A stretch of DNA of 64,000 nucleotides, from the IMG/VR virus record IMGVR_UViG_3300037851_000538, positions 20,368 through 84,367 of that record; one strand, written 5' to 3'. Position 1 is the stretch's first letter. Every line of letters starts with the position of its first letter. The notes beneath the pieces are model-generated. The model was not told the DNA's origin and searched no databases. It saw only the letters and a list, made by a program, of their open reading frames with translations. Below, one piece after another: positions 28,957 through 38,372 of this stretch. Position numbers and translations under genes: made by a program. This stretch comes from a virus.

Positions 28957-31900
28957 ATGATTACCAAGCTAGCGACTTTTCGAGGGGTATCTACGGACGG
29001 GGAGCCCCTGGTAAGGGTCTTTCATCCCGGCGACTCTATCAAAAAGGTTGCTGGCGTTTTGATGCCAGATGTTCAGAACTGGCTATCATCCTATAAAAAG
29101 CAAGACGGAAAGATAGCTGTTCTAGTCAACGCGATGGGCGCTTCAGAGTACTGGGGTCAAAACATCAACGGCGACATATTCTACGAGTCGTCGTTGATCC
29201 ACGACTGCCGTCGACACTCTAGCGTAGCTCATCCTATCGACGACTTTACCGGTAAGACCATTCCTCCTTACGGGTACTGGACCTTTTTGAACGCGTTGCC
29301 CTACGTTCACCATAAAAACAAGGACCCTAGCCGCGCCTTTGGAAAAGTCGTAGTGGCGTGCTGGAATCCTAAAATGCGTCGGGTAGAGATCGTGGTCATC
29401 TTAGACCGAGCTCTAGCCATGCAACATGGGGCACAGGGCGTTATAGACAGGATAGACGCCGGAGAACACCCAGATGTTAGCATGGGATGCCTGCCTGCCG
29501 GTTCTCGTATTCTTATGGGGGACGGGTCTATTTCCGCTATAGAGTGCATTAGAGAAGGCGATTACGTCATTACGCACAGAGGGAGACCCAATAAGGTTAC
29601 CTCTGTTATGCAGAGGAAGACCTCTGAGACTTTATACAGCATAAAGGTGTATGGGTTCTCTAGGCCTCTGGAATTAACTGGAGAGCACCCCCTGTGGCTT
29701 GTTCGTGGTGATCAGTTAGAGTGCTCTCCGTCTCCTAAAAAAGCTAATTCCGGAAGGAAACAAAGACACTGCACTCCTTTCGTTAAGGAATCCTCGAAGG
29801 GGTGTGCTGGATGTCTTACGGTGCCCTCTTTTCAATTCCAGTGGACTCGGACAGACCAGGCTGAGGTTGGAGACTATTTAGCCTTTCCCATTCCTACCCA
29901 AGTGGTAGACACAGTTTCTTCAAAAGAAGAGGCCGAGTTTCTTGGGTACTACCTAGCCGAAGGGTTCGTCAAGAAATACAACTCTGAAAAAGAGCAGATT
30001 GTATTCTGCCTCGGTCTGGACGAGGTAGAGCTATCTTTAAGAATTGAAAGCCTAGCTCGGCAATTAGGGTCTCTTGTAGTCTGGCATAACGAGGACCCCG
30101 AAGGCGGTGGAAGATACGTTAACGTGGTTAGTAAGCGGCTAGCAGACCGATGTATCGAGTTCTGCGGAAAAGGTGCTAAGTACAAAAGCCTTTCTTCTGA
30201 CATCGTATATATGTCACCAGACCTTCAGCTTTCGTTCCTCGGAGCTTATTTGGACGGGGACGGCGGATCTTACAAAGGGTCTGCATATTTTTCTACGGCC
30301 TCTGAGGAGCTTGCCAATCAACTATTTGTGATTCTGTCTCGTTGCGGAATCATATCTTCAGTAAATAGAATTAGGCACTATCCGTCCAAAAACTCAGTCG
30401 TTCAGAAAGAAACTGTAGAGTACCAGGTGTGGGTAGGAACGGACTTTGCCCACCTGCTCGCTCCTTATACTAGAAAGCCTGTAGGTAAGTCTCTTAAGAT
30501 TAGGGGCCAGAGATTTTTCTACGAGGACGACTCTGGTCGGTACATCCTGTCTCCTATTTTAGAGATCAAAGAAGACCCAGACTACGATAACTACGTTTAC
30601 AATTTCTCTGTAGAGGAAGATGAAAGCTATGTCGCTGAGGGTCTGGCCGTGCACAATTGCCGGGTTCCGTACGACCGTTGTTCTCTTTGCAACAAGAAGA
30701 GCAAGACTAGGAACGACTACTGCTCTTGCCTTAAAGAGGTGGGAGTCAACAAGATTCTAGATGATGGTCGTCAGATCGGAATGATCAACGACTACCCACG
30801 CTTCTTTGACATCAGCTTCGTCTTTATCGGGGCGGATAAGACGGCGAAGATGATGTGCAAGCTGGGGTCCGCGTCTTCTAACATCCCCCAATCGGTGTTG
30901 GATGCGGAGTACATTTATGGAGAGTCAGACGAGTTAGTTAAAGCAGCTTCAAGTTTGGATAAAGAGAAAGATGCAGACTACGACCTGCTTAAGAGGGTTT
31001 TTACGGGAGCCGCTATTGGTGCTTTAGGGGGGGCTGGTTATCACGCTCTTAAAGGACCGGTTTCAGCAAACATCCCACTGGTAACTAGGAGCCAGGCTTT
31101 GGACAACAAGGGGATTGACCCAGTTTTTGAGGCTGGCAAACGTCTAACGGAAGATTCTCCTCGTCAGGCAGCCGTATCTCGATCTTCTAAGGCATGGCGG
31201 AGGGGTAAAAATATACCTATTTCTGGGATGGACGTTAGGGTTTATAGAGGGCAGTTCGTAGCAGAGGTGTCTCCCGATGGACGAGTAGATGTAGCAGGGA
31301 GAAAAGCCCCTGTTGTCGTAGAGGGATCTTTGCCTAAAGGGTGGACGCCTGAATCTTTGAAAACAAAAATCCAAAAGCACGTAGATGAGCACCTGTTCCA
31401 GATAGGCGACTCTGGGAGCCCCGTAAAAACTTCTGCAGGAAGTATGGCCTTAGTGAAAGAGGCTTACGAGTCGCAGGACTATTCAAGACGCGGGGGCAAG
31501 ATATACTCCGACATTGTCACCAATCGCCCCGACATTGCTGAAGGCTGGAAGTCTAGAGGATTAAATCCGAAATGGTCTGAAGAGGGTTATTGGGAGGTTT
31601 CTGAAGAGGTAACAGACCCCCAAGAGCTTCAAAGCGCTAGTAAGTATGTTTCCGAGATGGAAAGACTCTCTAAGCGCATGTTTAGGGGCTACAACATCGC
31701 GGGTTCAACTGCCGCGGGGGCCACCATGGGTGGTCTTCTAGGGGCCGCCGCGTCTCGTAAGAAACCAATTATCGCTGCGGGGGCGGCATTGGGGGCCGTG
31801 GGTGGTGGTCTTCTAGGGAACAAACTTGCTGAAGCTAATGACCCGGACATTGCTCTTCGTGACTTGGTCAGAAAAGGCCCACCCATAAAGCTCTACGTAG

Positions 31901-34900
31901 GGAAAAACGATACGCAAGATACTCCCGGACGTTCTTTAGTGGGGGACGGACTTCTACGCACCAACGCCGCTCAAGATGAGAGGGATACGTTTCCACAGCC
32001 GTTGACCCCCAGCAAAGGCAAGACAGCTTCCCCCTACGACTACGTTTTGTGGATGAAGCGGAAGACTGCGGCAGACGTTCTTGCTGGTGGTAAAGCAGAC
32101 GGAAAACCCGCGTCTGATTTTTCCCAGTCTCAGCTTGAGATGGGAGCCAAGGTAGAAAAAGAGCATACCCATAGCGGTGAGCTAGCTGAAGAGATTGCTC
32201 GAGACCATCTGGAAGAGATTCCGGACTACTACACCCGTCTTAAGAAGATGGAAGAGCGAGCTAAGAGCGAGGGTAAGTTAAAAGAAGCTTCTTTTCGATT
32301 TCCCGGGCCCACCCTTTCTGAAGAACTATTTAACGAGGCTGTTCTTAAAAGAGCTTTGATTGGTGGGGCTCTGGGTGGAGCTGGAGGTGCCGCAGCTGAC
32401 TCGGATAACAGATTAAGGGGCGGTCTTATAGGGGCGGGTTCTGGAGCAACTCTGGGAGTTTTGGGTGGAAGAGTTGCTAGAGACATTTCTAAGAAAAACA
32501 TACTGAAACAGTTCAAAGATCAGCATCGTAAGTGGCAGGAGGCTCGTGTTTCTCTACGTGATCTAGACAATGAATCTGGTCGTCTTCGTCTTATGGGTAA
32601 AGAAATAAAGAACCGCCCATTTGATGCGAAAGCGTATGACGATCTTAACGCGGCATACAACAGACTTGGCGAGGAAAGAAGTGCCAGGAATCGAGCATAT
32701 TTGGCTTCTAGACCCGATCCTCTATTAAGATACAACTGGCACCAAAAAAGTCATCCAGAGTGGGGAACCCTAAAAGAAGATTATATTGGAGGGCTGGCTG
32801 GTGGAGTTTTAGGGGCAGGCACCGCGGGAGTCGTTGGGGGGGTATCTCCTTCTGAGAAAACTGCCGCTGTTGTAGATAAAGTTATCCTTACAAGCACGCC
32901 AGATAAGGTAAAAAAGCTAGTTGATGTTCTTTACCGCATGGAAGGGGTACGCCCACCCAGTTTGTCCTCTAGAAATTATACTCCAGAAAAGACTAGAGAG
33001 ATTATTAAGAGCTTGAGAAGTTTAAGAAACTCTCAAGCCATAAATCCTGTTCCTCGCGGTTCAGATTTATGGCGTAGAGCCATGAGGGATATAAAAGAGT
33101 CCCGTTTCACAGACTTGGAATCTGGAATAAGCAGTTCTCAGGCTCCTAGCATTTTGAAGTACGGCCCCTCGTCTTCTATAGGAATTCCATCAGAAAATAT
33201 GCCTGAAATCCGTAAGGCCATATCCAAATCTTTAGACTCTGCTAGTGAAGGTTCTTTGAGAAAATCAACGCACGGGATTTATAGCGCTCGTAAAGGAACT
33301 GACCGAACCAAGATGGACTATGCCTCGAGGGCCGCAGAAATAACAAACAGCCGCCCGGAGGTCCTTAGTTTTTCTTTACCTCAGTCCCTGGCGATCCCTA
33401 ATAGCCCTGAGGAATATCGAGTACCCCACTCCGTATTTAGACAGTGGGCTAGAAATACAAAAGTGGCATCTGAGAAAACTGCTTCAGGTTCTCTACAAAA
33501 GGTCTTTTCAGATGCCGCCTCTATTGAAATAGGACCTCCCCCAACTCCTAATCGTAAAGAGTTCCCGTTTGTCGGCACGATCAACTTCAACGGACTGACC
33601 ATACATATAGAAAACGCTCCTGGGGACGTTAGGGAGGGCACTGACCCTAGAGGCAAAAAATGGCGTACGGAGATGAAACTCCCTTACGGGGAGATTAACG
33701 GTACTCTTGGTGTGGACCAGGACAAGCTAGACGCCTATGTTGGTCCGTATGAGGATGCCGACAATGTTTACATCATTCACCAGAACAAGGTGACTGGTGA
33801 AGACAAGGGCACGTACGATGAAGACAAGGTCATGCTTGGATTCAAAGATGCTGAACAGGCTAAAGACGCGTACCTAGCTCATTACAATCGACCCGACTAT
33901 TTTAGGTCTATGACGGTCATGTCTTTAGACCTATTCAAGAAGGCTCTTAGGACTAAAGAAGTGCATGGGGAAAAGGTAGCGTCAGCTTATTCCCACATGA
34001 TGGAAAAGGTTGCTCTTGATATTCGACTGGAAGACCTGTTCGTAAATAGCGGAACGGATTCTAGAAGGGTTCGCGTCTGGAAAGACAAAGAGTCTGGTAA
34101 GGAAACCGTAAAAGTCGATTCCGGCATGGGGTCTTTCGATAAAACAAAGACGGCTTCAGCTCCTCGTAAGATAGCAGCTCAGTTAAAGAGCGCGGACATA
34201 GAGAAGGAGATTCCTCCGTACAAAGCGGTTGGTCGTGCTTCTGCCCTATCTAGGTCTGAGGAAGATCTTCCTCCAGATGTTTTAGACTCCGTGGCGTCAT
34301 CTGGAGTGGAGAGGGCTTTAGCTACTCCTTCTCTTATGGGCATGGTTTTGAAGCCCGAAGAATTCCAGAGGATGGTGCTCGTATGCAACGGTCACAAGGG
34401 GTTGGCCGATGATCTAGACTCCCGCGGAGCAGTGTTTGGCCCTACTGAGGGGGAAGAGCCTCTTACTAGAACTTTGTCCGATTCAGACTTTTCCGATGAG
34501 GTTCTTAGGAAGCTTTTGCCCTATCTAGAAAACCGGTCCTACTTCGGTCCTGTGGTTCGCAGGAGGGTTATACGAATTATCGTAAGGGACCCTAAGCCTG
34601 TGGAGACCCAAAGAACAGAAGAAACCTCTCCTCTTCTATCTAAGATTGGTGCTGCCTACAATTGGTACCGCAAGGAGCAAGTTAAGTTAGCTTCTGCTGC
34701 TGACCGGGTCATTAGGGATAAATCAGACCTCGGCAGAGCTATTTTGGGAGTAACTGACGTGGACTTGTTTAAAGGCGCTTCTCATTACGTTTCAGTAGAC
34801 CCTAAGCTCCTGGGCGTGATGGTGGGTAGTGTTCCTTTGTCTTTGATGTACTCTGCACACTTGAGGGATGCGCGAGAGGGTGGCCAAGACCTTCCTTTGT

Positions 34901-35052
34901 GGAAGGACTTGATAGCGGACCATCCGGTATTGTCCACGATTGGTTCTTTGGCTGCTTTAAGAAAGGTTCTTCAGACTCCGCAAGGAAGGCAGGCGGTGGA
35001 GGAGATCTTTTCTGCTGGAAAGAGGATCTGGACGGGGAAGTCCAGTGAATAG
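28957..35052 (+). CDS. Polyprotein: putative prohead serine protease (intein-split) + glycine-zipper modules + DUF5661-like + inorganic pyrophosphatase-like (InPase) domain + C-terminal domain
   Basis: NINGDIF, YVHHKN, DVSMG|CRVPYDRCSLC and FFDISFV..GAD fit HK97/herpes-type maturation proteases. MGAKVEKEHT...EIARDHLEEIPDYYTRL is DUF5661-like. IHIENAPG..R.G...YGEI.GT.GVD.DKLDAYVGP...DEDKVMLGF is InPase-like. The gene lies upstream of the scaffold and capsid genes. Confidence 0.75.
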   Translation: MITKLATFRGVSTDGEPLVRVFHPGDSIKKVAGVLMPDVQNWLSSYKKQDGKIAVLVNAMGASEYWGQNINGDIFYESSLIHDCRRHSSVAHPIDDFTGKTIPPYGYWTFLNALPYVHHKNKDPSRAFGKVVVACWNPKMRRVEIVVILDRALAMQHGAQGVIDRIDAGEHPDVSMGCLPAGSRILMGDGSISAIECIREGDYVITHRGRPNKVTSVMQRKTSETLYSIKVYGFSRPLELTGEHPLWLVRGDQLECSPSPKKANSGRKQRHCTPFVKESSKGCAGCLTVPSFQFQWTRTDQAEVGDYLAFPIPTQVVDTVSSKEEAEFLGYYLAEGFVKKYNSEKEQIVFCLGLDEVELSLRIESLARQLGSLVVWHNEDPEGGGRYVNVVSKRLADRCIEFCGKGAKYKSLSSDIVYMSPDLQLSFLGAYLDGDGGSYKGSAYFSTASEELANQLFVILSRCGIISSVNRIRHYPSKNSVVQKETVEYQVWVGTDFAHLLAPYTRKPVGKSLKIRGQRFFYEDDSGRYILSPILEIKEDPDYDNYVYNFSVEEDESYVAEGLAVHNCRVPYDRCSLCNKKSKTRNDYCSCLKEVGVNKILDDGRQIGMINDYPRFFDISFVFIGADKTAKMMCKLGSASSNIPQSVLDAEYIYGESDELVKAASSLDKEKDADYDLLKRVFTGAAIGALGGAGYHALKGPVSANIPLVTRSQALDNKGIDPVFEAGKRLTEDSPRQAAVSRSSKAWRRGKNIPISGMDVRVYRGQFVAEVSPDGRVDVAGRKAPVVVEGSLPKGWTPESLKTKIQKHVDEHLFQIGDSGSPVKTSAGSMALVKEAYESQDYSRRGGKIYSDIVTNRPDIAEGWKSRGLNPKWSEEGYWEVSEEVTDPQELQSASKYVSEMERLSKRMFRGYNIAGSTAAGATMGGLLGAAASRKKPIIAAGAALGAVGGGLLGNKLAEANDPDIALRDLVRKGPPIKLYVGKNDTQDTPGRSLVGDGLLRTNAAQDERDTFPQPLTPSKGKTASPYDYVLWMKRKTAADVLAGGKADGKPASDFSQSQLEMGAKVEKEHTHSGELAEEIARDHLEEIPDYYTRLKKMEERAKSEGKLKEASFRFPGPTLSEELFNEAVLKRALIGGALGGAGGAAADSDNRLRGGLIGAGSGATLGVLGGRVARDISKKNILKQFKDQHRKWQEARVSLRDLDNESGRLRLMGKEIKNRPFDAKAYDDLNAAYNRLGEERSARNRAYLASRPDPLLRYNWHQKSHPEWGTLKEDYIGGLAGGVLGAGTAGVVGGVSPSEKTAAVVDKVILTSTPDKVKKLVDVLYRMEGVRPPSLSSRNYTPEKTREIIKSLRSLRNSQAINPVPRGSDLWRRAMRDIKESRFTDLESGISSSQAPSILKYGPSSSIGIPSENMPEIRKAISKSLDSASEGSLRKSTHGIYSARKGTDRTKMDYASRAAEITNSRPEVLSFSLPQSLAIPNSPEEYRVPHSVFRQWARNTKVASEKTASGSLQKVFSDAASIEIGPPPTPNRKEFPFVGTINFNGLTIHIENAPGDVREGTDPRGKKWRTEMKLPYGEINGTLGVDQDKLDAYVGPYEDADNVYIIHQNKVTGEDKGTYDEDKVMLGFKDAEQAKDAYLAHYNRPDYFRSMTVMSLDLFKKALRTKEVHGEKVASAYSHMMEKVALDIRLEDLFVNSGTDSRRVRVWKDKESGKETVKVDSGMGSFDKTKTASAPRKIAAQLKSADIEKEIPPYKAVGRASALSRSEEDLPPDVLDSVASSGVERALATPSLMGMVLKPEEFQRMVLVCNGHKGLADDLDSRGAVFGPTEGEEPLTRTLSDSDFSDEVLRKLLPYLENRSYFGPVVRRRVIRIIVRDPKPVETQRTEETSPLLSKIGAAYNWYRKEQVKLASAADRVIRDKSDLGRAILGVTDVDLFKGASHYVSVDPKLLGVMVGSVPLSLMYSAHLRDAREGGQDLPLWKDLIADHPVLSTIGSLAALRKVLQTPQGRQAVEEIFSAGKRIWTGKSSE
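29488..30657 (+). mobile_element. Intein (390 aa) with LAGLIDADG homing endonuclease
   Basis: Starts CLPAGSRILMGDG; block B LTGEHPL; LAGLIDADG motifs FLGYYLAEG and FLGAYLDGDG; ends VYNFSVEEDESYVAEGLAVHN followed by Cys+1. Confidence 0.95.
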
Positions 35053-35134
35053 TAACTCGGCATTAGAGGAACGTCATCCTTGAGAGAGTGCCGATTGGGT
35101 TTTTAGGTGACAACGTTTTCTTGAGGAGACAACC

Positions 35135-35761
35135 ATGAACTCTTTTTTGGCGAATCTTTACGGTACTGGTCAGGACATCGGCACTAACGCTGAGGTTGAG
35201 AAGCTCGCAGAGGCTCAGGTGATTGACGAGCAGCTTCGGAGTGAGGGCATCGACGTCAATAGCCTCAGCGGCGAGGACATCTTGAAGTGCGCCTACGCCC
35301 TTTTTGGCGACGAGAGTGCTCTCGTCAAGTCGGCTCAAGAAGAGGGCGAAGAGGAAGAAGAGGGCGAGGAGTCAGAAGAGAAGGAAGAGAGCGCCGAGGA
35401 GAAGGTGGCTGAGGCGGACTTCCTTGGTCGTGTGATGGCTCACGCCTACTATCAAGAGAAGAACCTGATCGAGAAGCAGGCTGGCATCAAGGATTCCTTA
35501 AAGAGCATCCCTGGGCACATAAAGAGCCTTCCGGGGAAGTTGGGGGATAAGGCCCGAAGAATGCGCATGTCTCATCAGGATGCTTGGTTGGAGAGCCAGG
35601 CCTTGGGGTCAGGGCGTCTTAAGGCTCACATGAAGGGTTTAGCTAACGTAGCGAAGGAACATCCGAAGACCGTGGCAGGTCTTGCGGGAGGAGCGGCATT
35701 GGCAGGGGGCGGTGGGTACGCTGTTAGCCGGAAGAAGAAGAAGAACACTCAGCAGAGCTAG
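35135..35761 (+). CDS. Acidic head core/scaffold-like protein with C-terminal Gly-zipper anchor
   Basis: GAGGAG SD; poly-Glu tract; EKLA, KCA, KSA, EKVA, EKQA; ends HPKTVAGLAGGAALAGGGGYAVSRKKKK. Confidence 0.6.
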   Translation: MNSFLANLYGTGQDIGTNAEVEKLAEAQVIDEQLRSEGIDVNSLSGEDILKCAYALFGDESALVKSAQEEGEEEEEGEESEEKEESAEEKVAEADFLGRVMAHAYYQEKNLIEKQAGIKDSLKSIPGHIKSLPGKLGDKARRMRMSHQDAWLESQALGSGRLKAHMKGLANVAKEHPKTVAGLAGGAALAGGGGYAVSRKKKKNTQQS

Positions 35762-35763
35762 TC

Positions 35764-36048
35764 ATGATCAAGACGCTGGCTTCTTTCATAGACGAGCTGC
35801 AAAAGATTTCGGCAGCTACCAACGTGGCTTCGGTAATGTCCGGGTCATTAGGTAGGGCCAAGTCTGTGCAGAACGTGATGGGGAAGCCAGCGTTCTCTAA
35901 GCCCAACGTACAAACCATGCGCTTTGGGTCTAGGGATATGACCGCGAAGCCCACTAACTATTCGATTGTTAACACTGAAGCGCCAACGGCGGCGTATGAT
36001 GCGGCAGCTACGAGTAAATCGGTGCCACCGCCGCCTGTGAGAACGTAA
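35764..36048 (+). CDS. Small protein with FxDEL-K leader
   Basis: MIKTLASFIDELQKISA. Confidence 0.6.
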   Translation: MIKTLASFIDELQKISAATNVASVMSGSLGRAKSVQNVMGKPAFSKPNVQTMRFGSRDMTAKPTNYSIVNTEAPTAAYDAAATSKSVPPPPVRT

Positions 36049-36060
36049 GGAGACCGAGCC

Positions 36061-37953
36061 ATGGCAGGTGACCGCACTTCGGTGTACGCGATGGTCCATC
36101 AGGTTCTGGCGGATTCCAAGAAGAAGCTCGAGGAAGGCCAGACCAAGGTGGCGTCGTCTACACAACGCTCGGCTGCTTCTCATACGGTGAGTGGCAGACG
36201 TAGCGGATTTTCAAAGATCGCCGACGCTTGTGATCGTCTTGCCGAGTGTATTCACTTGGTGAACGACGACCGCTCGCCTCGAGAGAAGTTGGCTGAGTAC
36301 GCAGCCATCCACCAAGCCCTGACGAAGCGGGCCTTTGACGTTGGGAACGATGCTCCTAAGGAGCCGTCGTTGTCTGCGTACCAAGGTACCGGCAACAAGG
36401 GTGAGCATCAGGATCAGGAAGCTGAGGGTTCTAGCCAGCCCCCGGTTTCGGTTCCGCTGGACGATGGAAGCCCCAACCCAGGTGGCCCCGACAGTGCGCT
36501 TTTGGCCGTCCCGGCTATGACTCCTGGAGAGTCTTTGGATGCTGGGGAGAGTGGCGAGGCCACAGACGCGCATCAGTCCCCCGATGAAGTGACTCCGAAC
36601 GAGAGTCCTCAGCCTCTTGATGCGGCAAACGCTCTGGAAACTAATCAAGACATGATGATGCCAGAGCAGCCCGAGGACGTTCTTAAGCAGTCTGCCGCAA
36701 TGCGCAAGCACGCGTATATGCGTGCTTTGTCCAAGCAAGCCGATTTGAGCTCTGGTAATCTTTTGAACGTTCGTGAAACGGGTGCGGCAACTCCTGGAGA
36801 GCTACAGGGAGAGCGGGCAGGCAGAAGAGTGGGAGCAGTCAGCGGATTAGCGGCTGGAGCATTGGGAGGAGCGGCCCTTGGTGCTGGAGTTCCTTTGGCA
36901 GCCAGGGACATATCTCCTATGTTTCTGACGGGATTACATCCTGAGGAGGCAAGGAATGCGGCTCAACTTCTTAAGCGTGCTCCCTTCAAGACTTTAGCAG
37001 CTTTGGGTAGCGTTGGAGGCCTACTTGCCGGAGGTGCGCTGGGAACTAGTTTGGGTAGAGGCATAGGCGGAAATCTTGGTTTAACGGTCGGGTCAATTAA
37101 AGGACCTTCTCAATTTGACAAAACATCGAGTTTGAAGAAGGCGTCTTCTGTCCGTAAGCTCCAAATCATGGCCAAGATTGCTGAAGATGCTCTTAACCCG
37201 GCTCAAATCGAGGCCGGTACGGAGCCCGAGCTTCAGTCGGCAGATGGGATTCCGAATCAGCTTTCTCAGGGCTCTGAGGTTGGGGAGCTGACTCCTCGGG
37301 AAACAGCTCCCAATGTTGGTGAAGGCTCTGGTCGAGAGCTCTTGAGCAGCATTGAGGCGGCTATCAACGCTACGAAGTCTGACGCTAAGGGCCAGAACAA
37401 GGGTCCTTTGTCTGAGGTTTTGACTGAGCCGGCAATGTCTGAGGCTCATGATGAGACGTTGGCCGAGTCGTTGGACAATACGGACAGTGCGGGCGTGAAG
37501 ATCTCTTCGGCGCAAGTCAGCGCGGCTCGAGAGCTTCTTCGCCGGTACATCAACTCGGCTCCTGGCAACGCTATGAAGGTGGCTGCCATCTTGAAGATGT
37601 CGGCAGACGGTGCGGATGCCGCGGACATTGCTCCGGGTGGTGGAGGAGCTCCCATGCCGACGGGTGGAGAGATGACCTCTTACCCCACTGATGCCGAAGT
37701 CGCTCCTATGGAGGAGGAGGGTGTCGGTGAGGTTTCGGAAGAGGCATTAGCTGCCGCGTCTCAGGGAGTGACACCGGAAGAGGTTGAACAGGCGCAACAG
37801 CTCTTGGCCATGCAAGAGCTTGCTGGTGGTATGGAAGGCCAGCAAGAGGCTCCGGCAGCAGGGGCAGAAAACATGGAAGTCACCAGCCAAATGGGCGGTA
37901 TGGGAATGTCATCCCAACCGACACCGTCACCTTGGTCCGGTGGTGGGATGTAA
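36061..37953 (+). CDS. Acidic, disordered head core/scaffold-like protein with inserted Gly-zipper module
   Basis: AAGGAG SD; KVAS, KIA, EKLA, KRA, KQSA, KHA, KQA, KTSS, KKAS, KISS, KVAA, KMSA. Confidence 0.65.
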   Translation: MAGDRTSVYAMVHQVLADSKKKLEEGQTKVASSTQRSAASHTVSGRRSGFSKIADACDRLAECIHLVNDDRSPREKLAEYAAIHQALTKRAFDVGNDAPKEPSLSAYQGTGNKGEHQDQEAEGSSQPPVSVPLDDGSPNPGGPDSALLAVPAMTPGESLDAGESGEATDAHQSPDEVTPNESPQPLDAANALETNQDMMMPEQPEDVLKQSAAMRKHAYMRALSKQADLSSGNLLNVRETGAATPGELQGERAGRRVGAVSGLAAGALGGAALGAGVPLAARDISPMFLTGLHPEEARNAAQLLKRAPFKTLAALGSVGGLLAGGALGTSLGRGIGGNLGLTVGSIKGPSQFDKTSSLKKASSVRKLQIMAKIAEDALNPAQIEAGTEPELQSADGIPNQLSQGSEVGELTPRETAPNVGEGSGRELLSSIEAAINATKSDAKGQNKGPLSEVLTEPAMSEAHDETLAESLDNTDSAGVKISSAQVSAARELLRRYINSAPGNAMKVAAILKMSADGADAADIAPGGGGAPMPTGGEMTSYPTDAEVAPMEEEGVGEVSEEALAAASQGVTPEEVEQAQQLLAMQELAGGMEGQQEAPAAGAENMEVTSQMGGMGMSSQPTPSPWSGGGM

Positions 37954-37981
37954 TCGCTGCCAACAAAGAAGGAGAACCGCG

Positions 37982-38335
37982 ATGACCATGAAGAAGATTA
38001 GTTCCCAAGACGCGGCTGCCCTCCTGAAGCAGGCGGCAGCGGCAATTCGGTCTCTTGAAACTCAAAATGTGCAGCTTCAAGAGAAGCTGGCGTTTCGAGA
38101 TCGAGACGACCGGATTGTGAAGATTGCTCGTGACATGGAGACGAAGGGTCTCCTTCCGGACATGACGCTTCCTGAGAAGGTTGCCCATCTCCGTAAGGCC
38201 CAGAACCTCGAGGTCACGGAAGAGGCGGTCAAGCTTGCGGCCCCGCAGGGTCGTGGGTTTGGCGATGTCGTTGATGTTCCTGGTAGTTCGTCTCACCCGT
38301 TTGAGACGTTCATCATGACGGGCGACGACCTGTAG
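37982..38335 (+). CDS. Probable scaffolding protein
   Basis: AAGGAG SD; coiled-coil; directly upstream of the decoration and capsid genes. Confidence 0.55.
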   Translation: MTMKKISSQDAAALLKQAAAAIRSLETQNVQLQEKLAFRDRDDRIVKIARDMETKGLLPDMTLPEKVAHLRKAQNLEVTEEAVKLAAPQGRGFGDVVDVPGSSSHPFETFIMTGDDL

Positions 38336-38372
38336 GACTGAGGAACGAAACCCCATTTGGAGGTAAGGTAAC

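Noticed and set aside
35335-35400. GAA/GAG-rich repeat-like tract
   Set aside because: It simply encodes the poly-Glu segment of the acidic core protein
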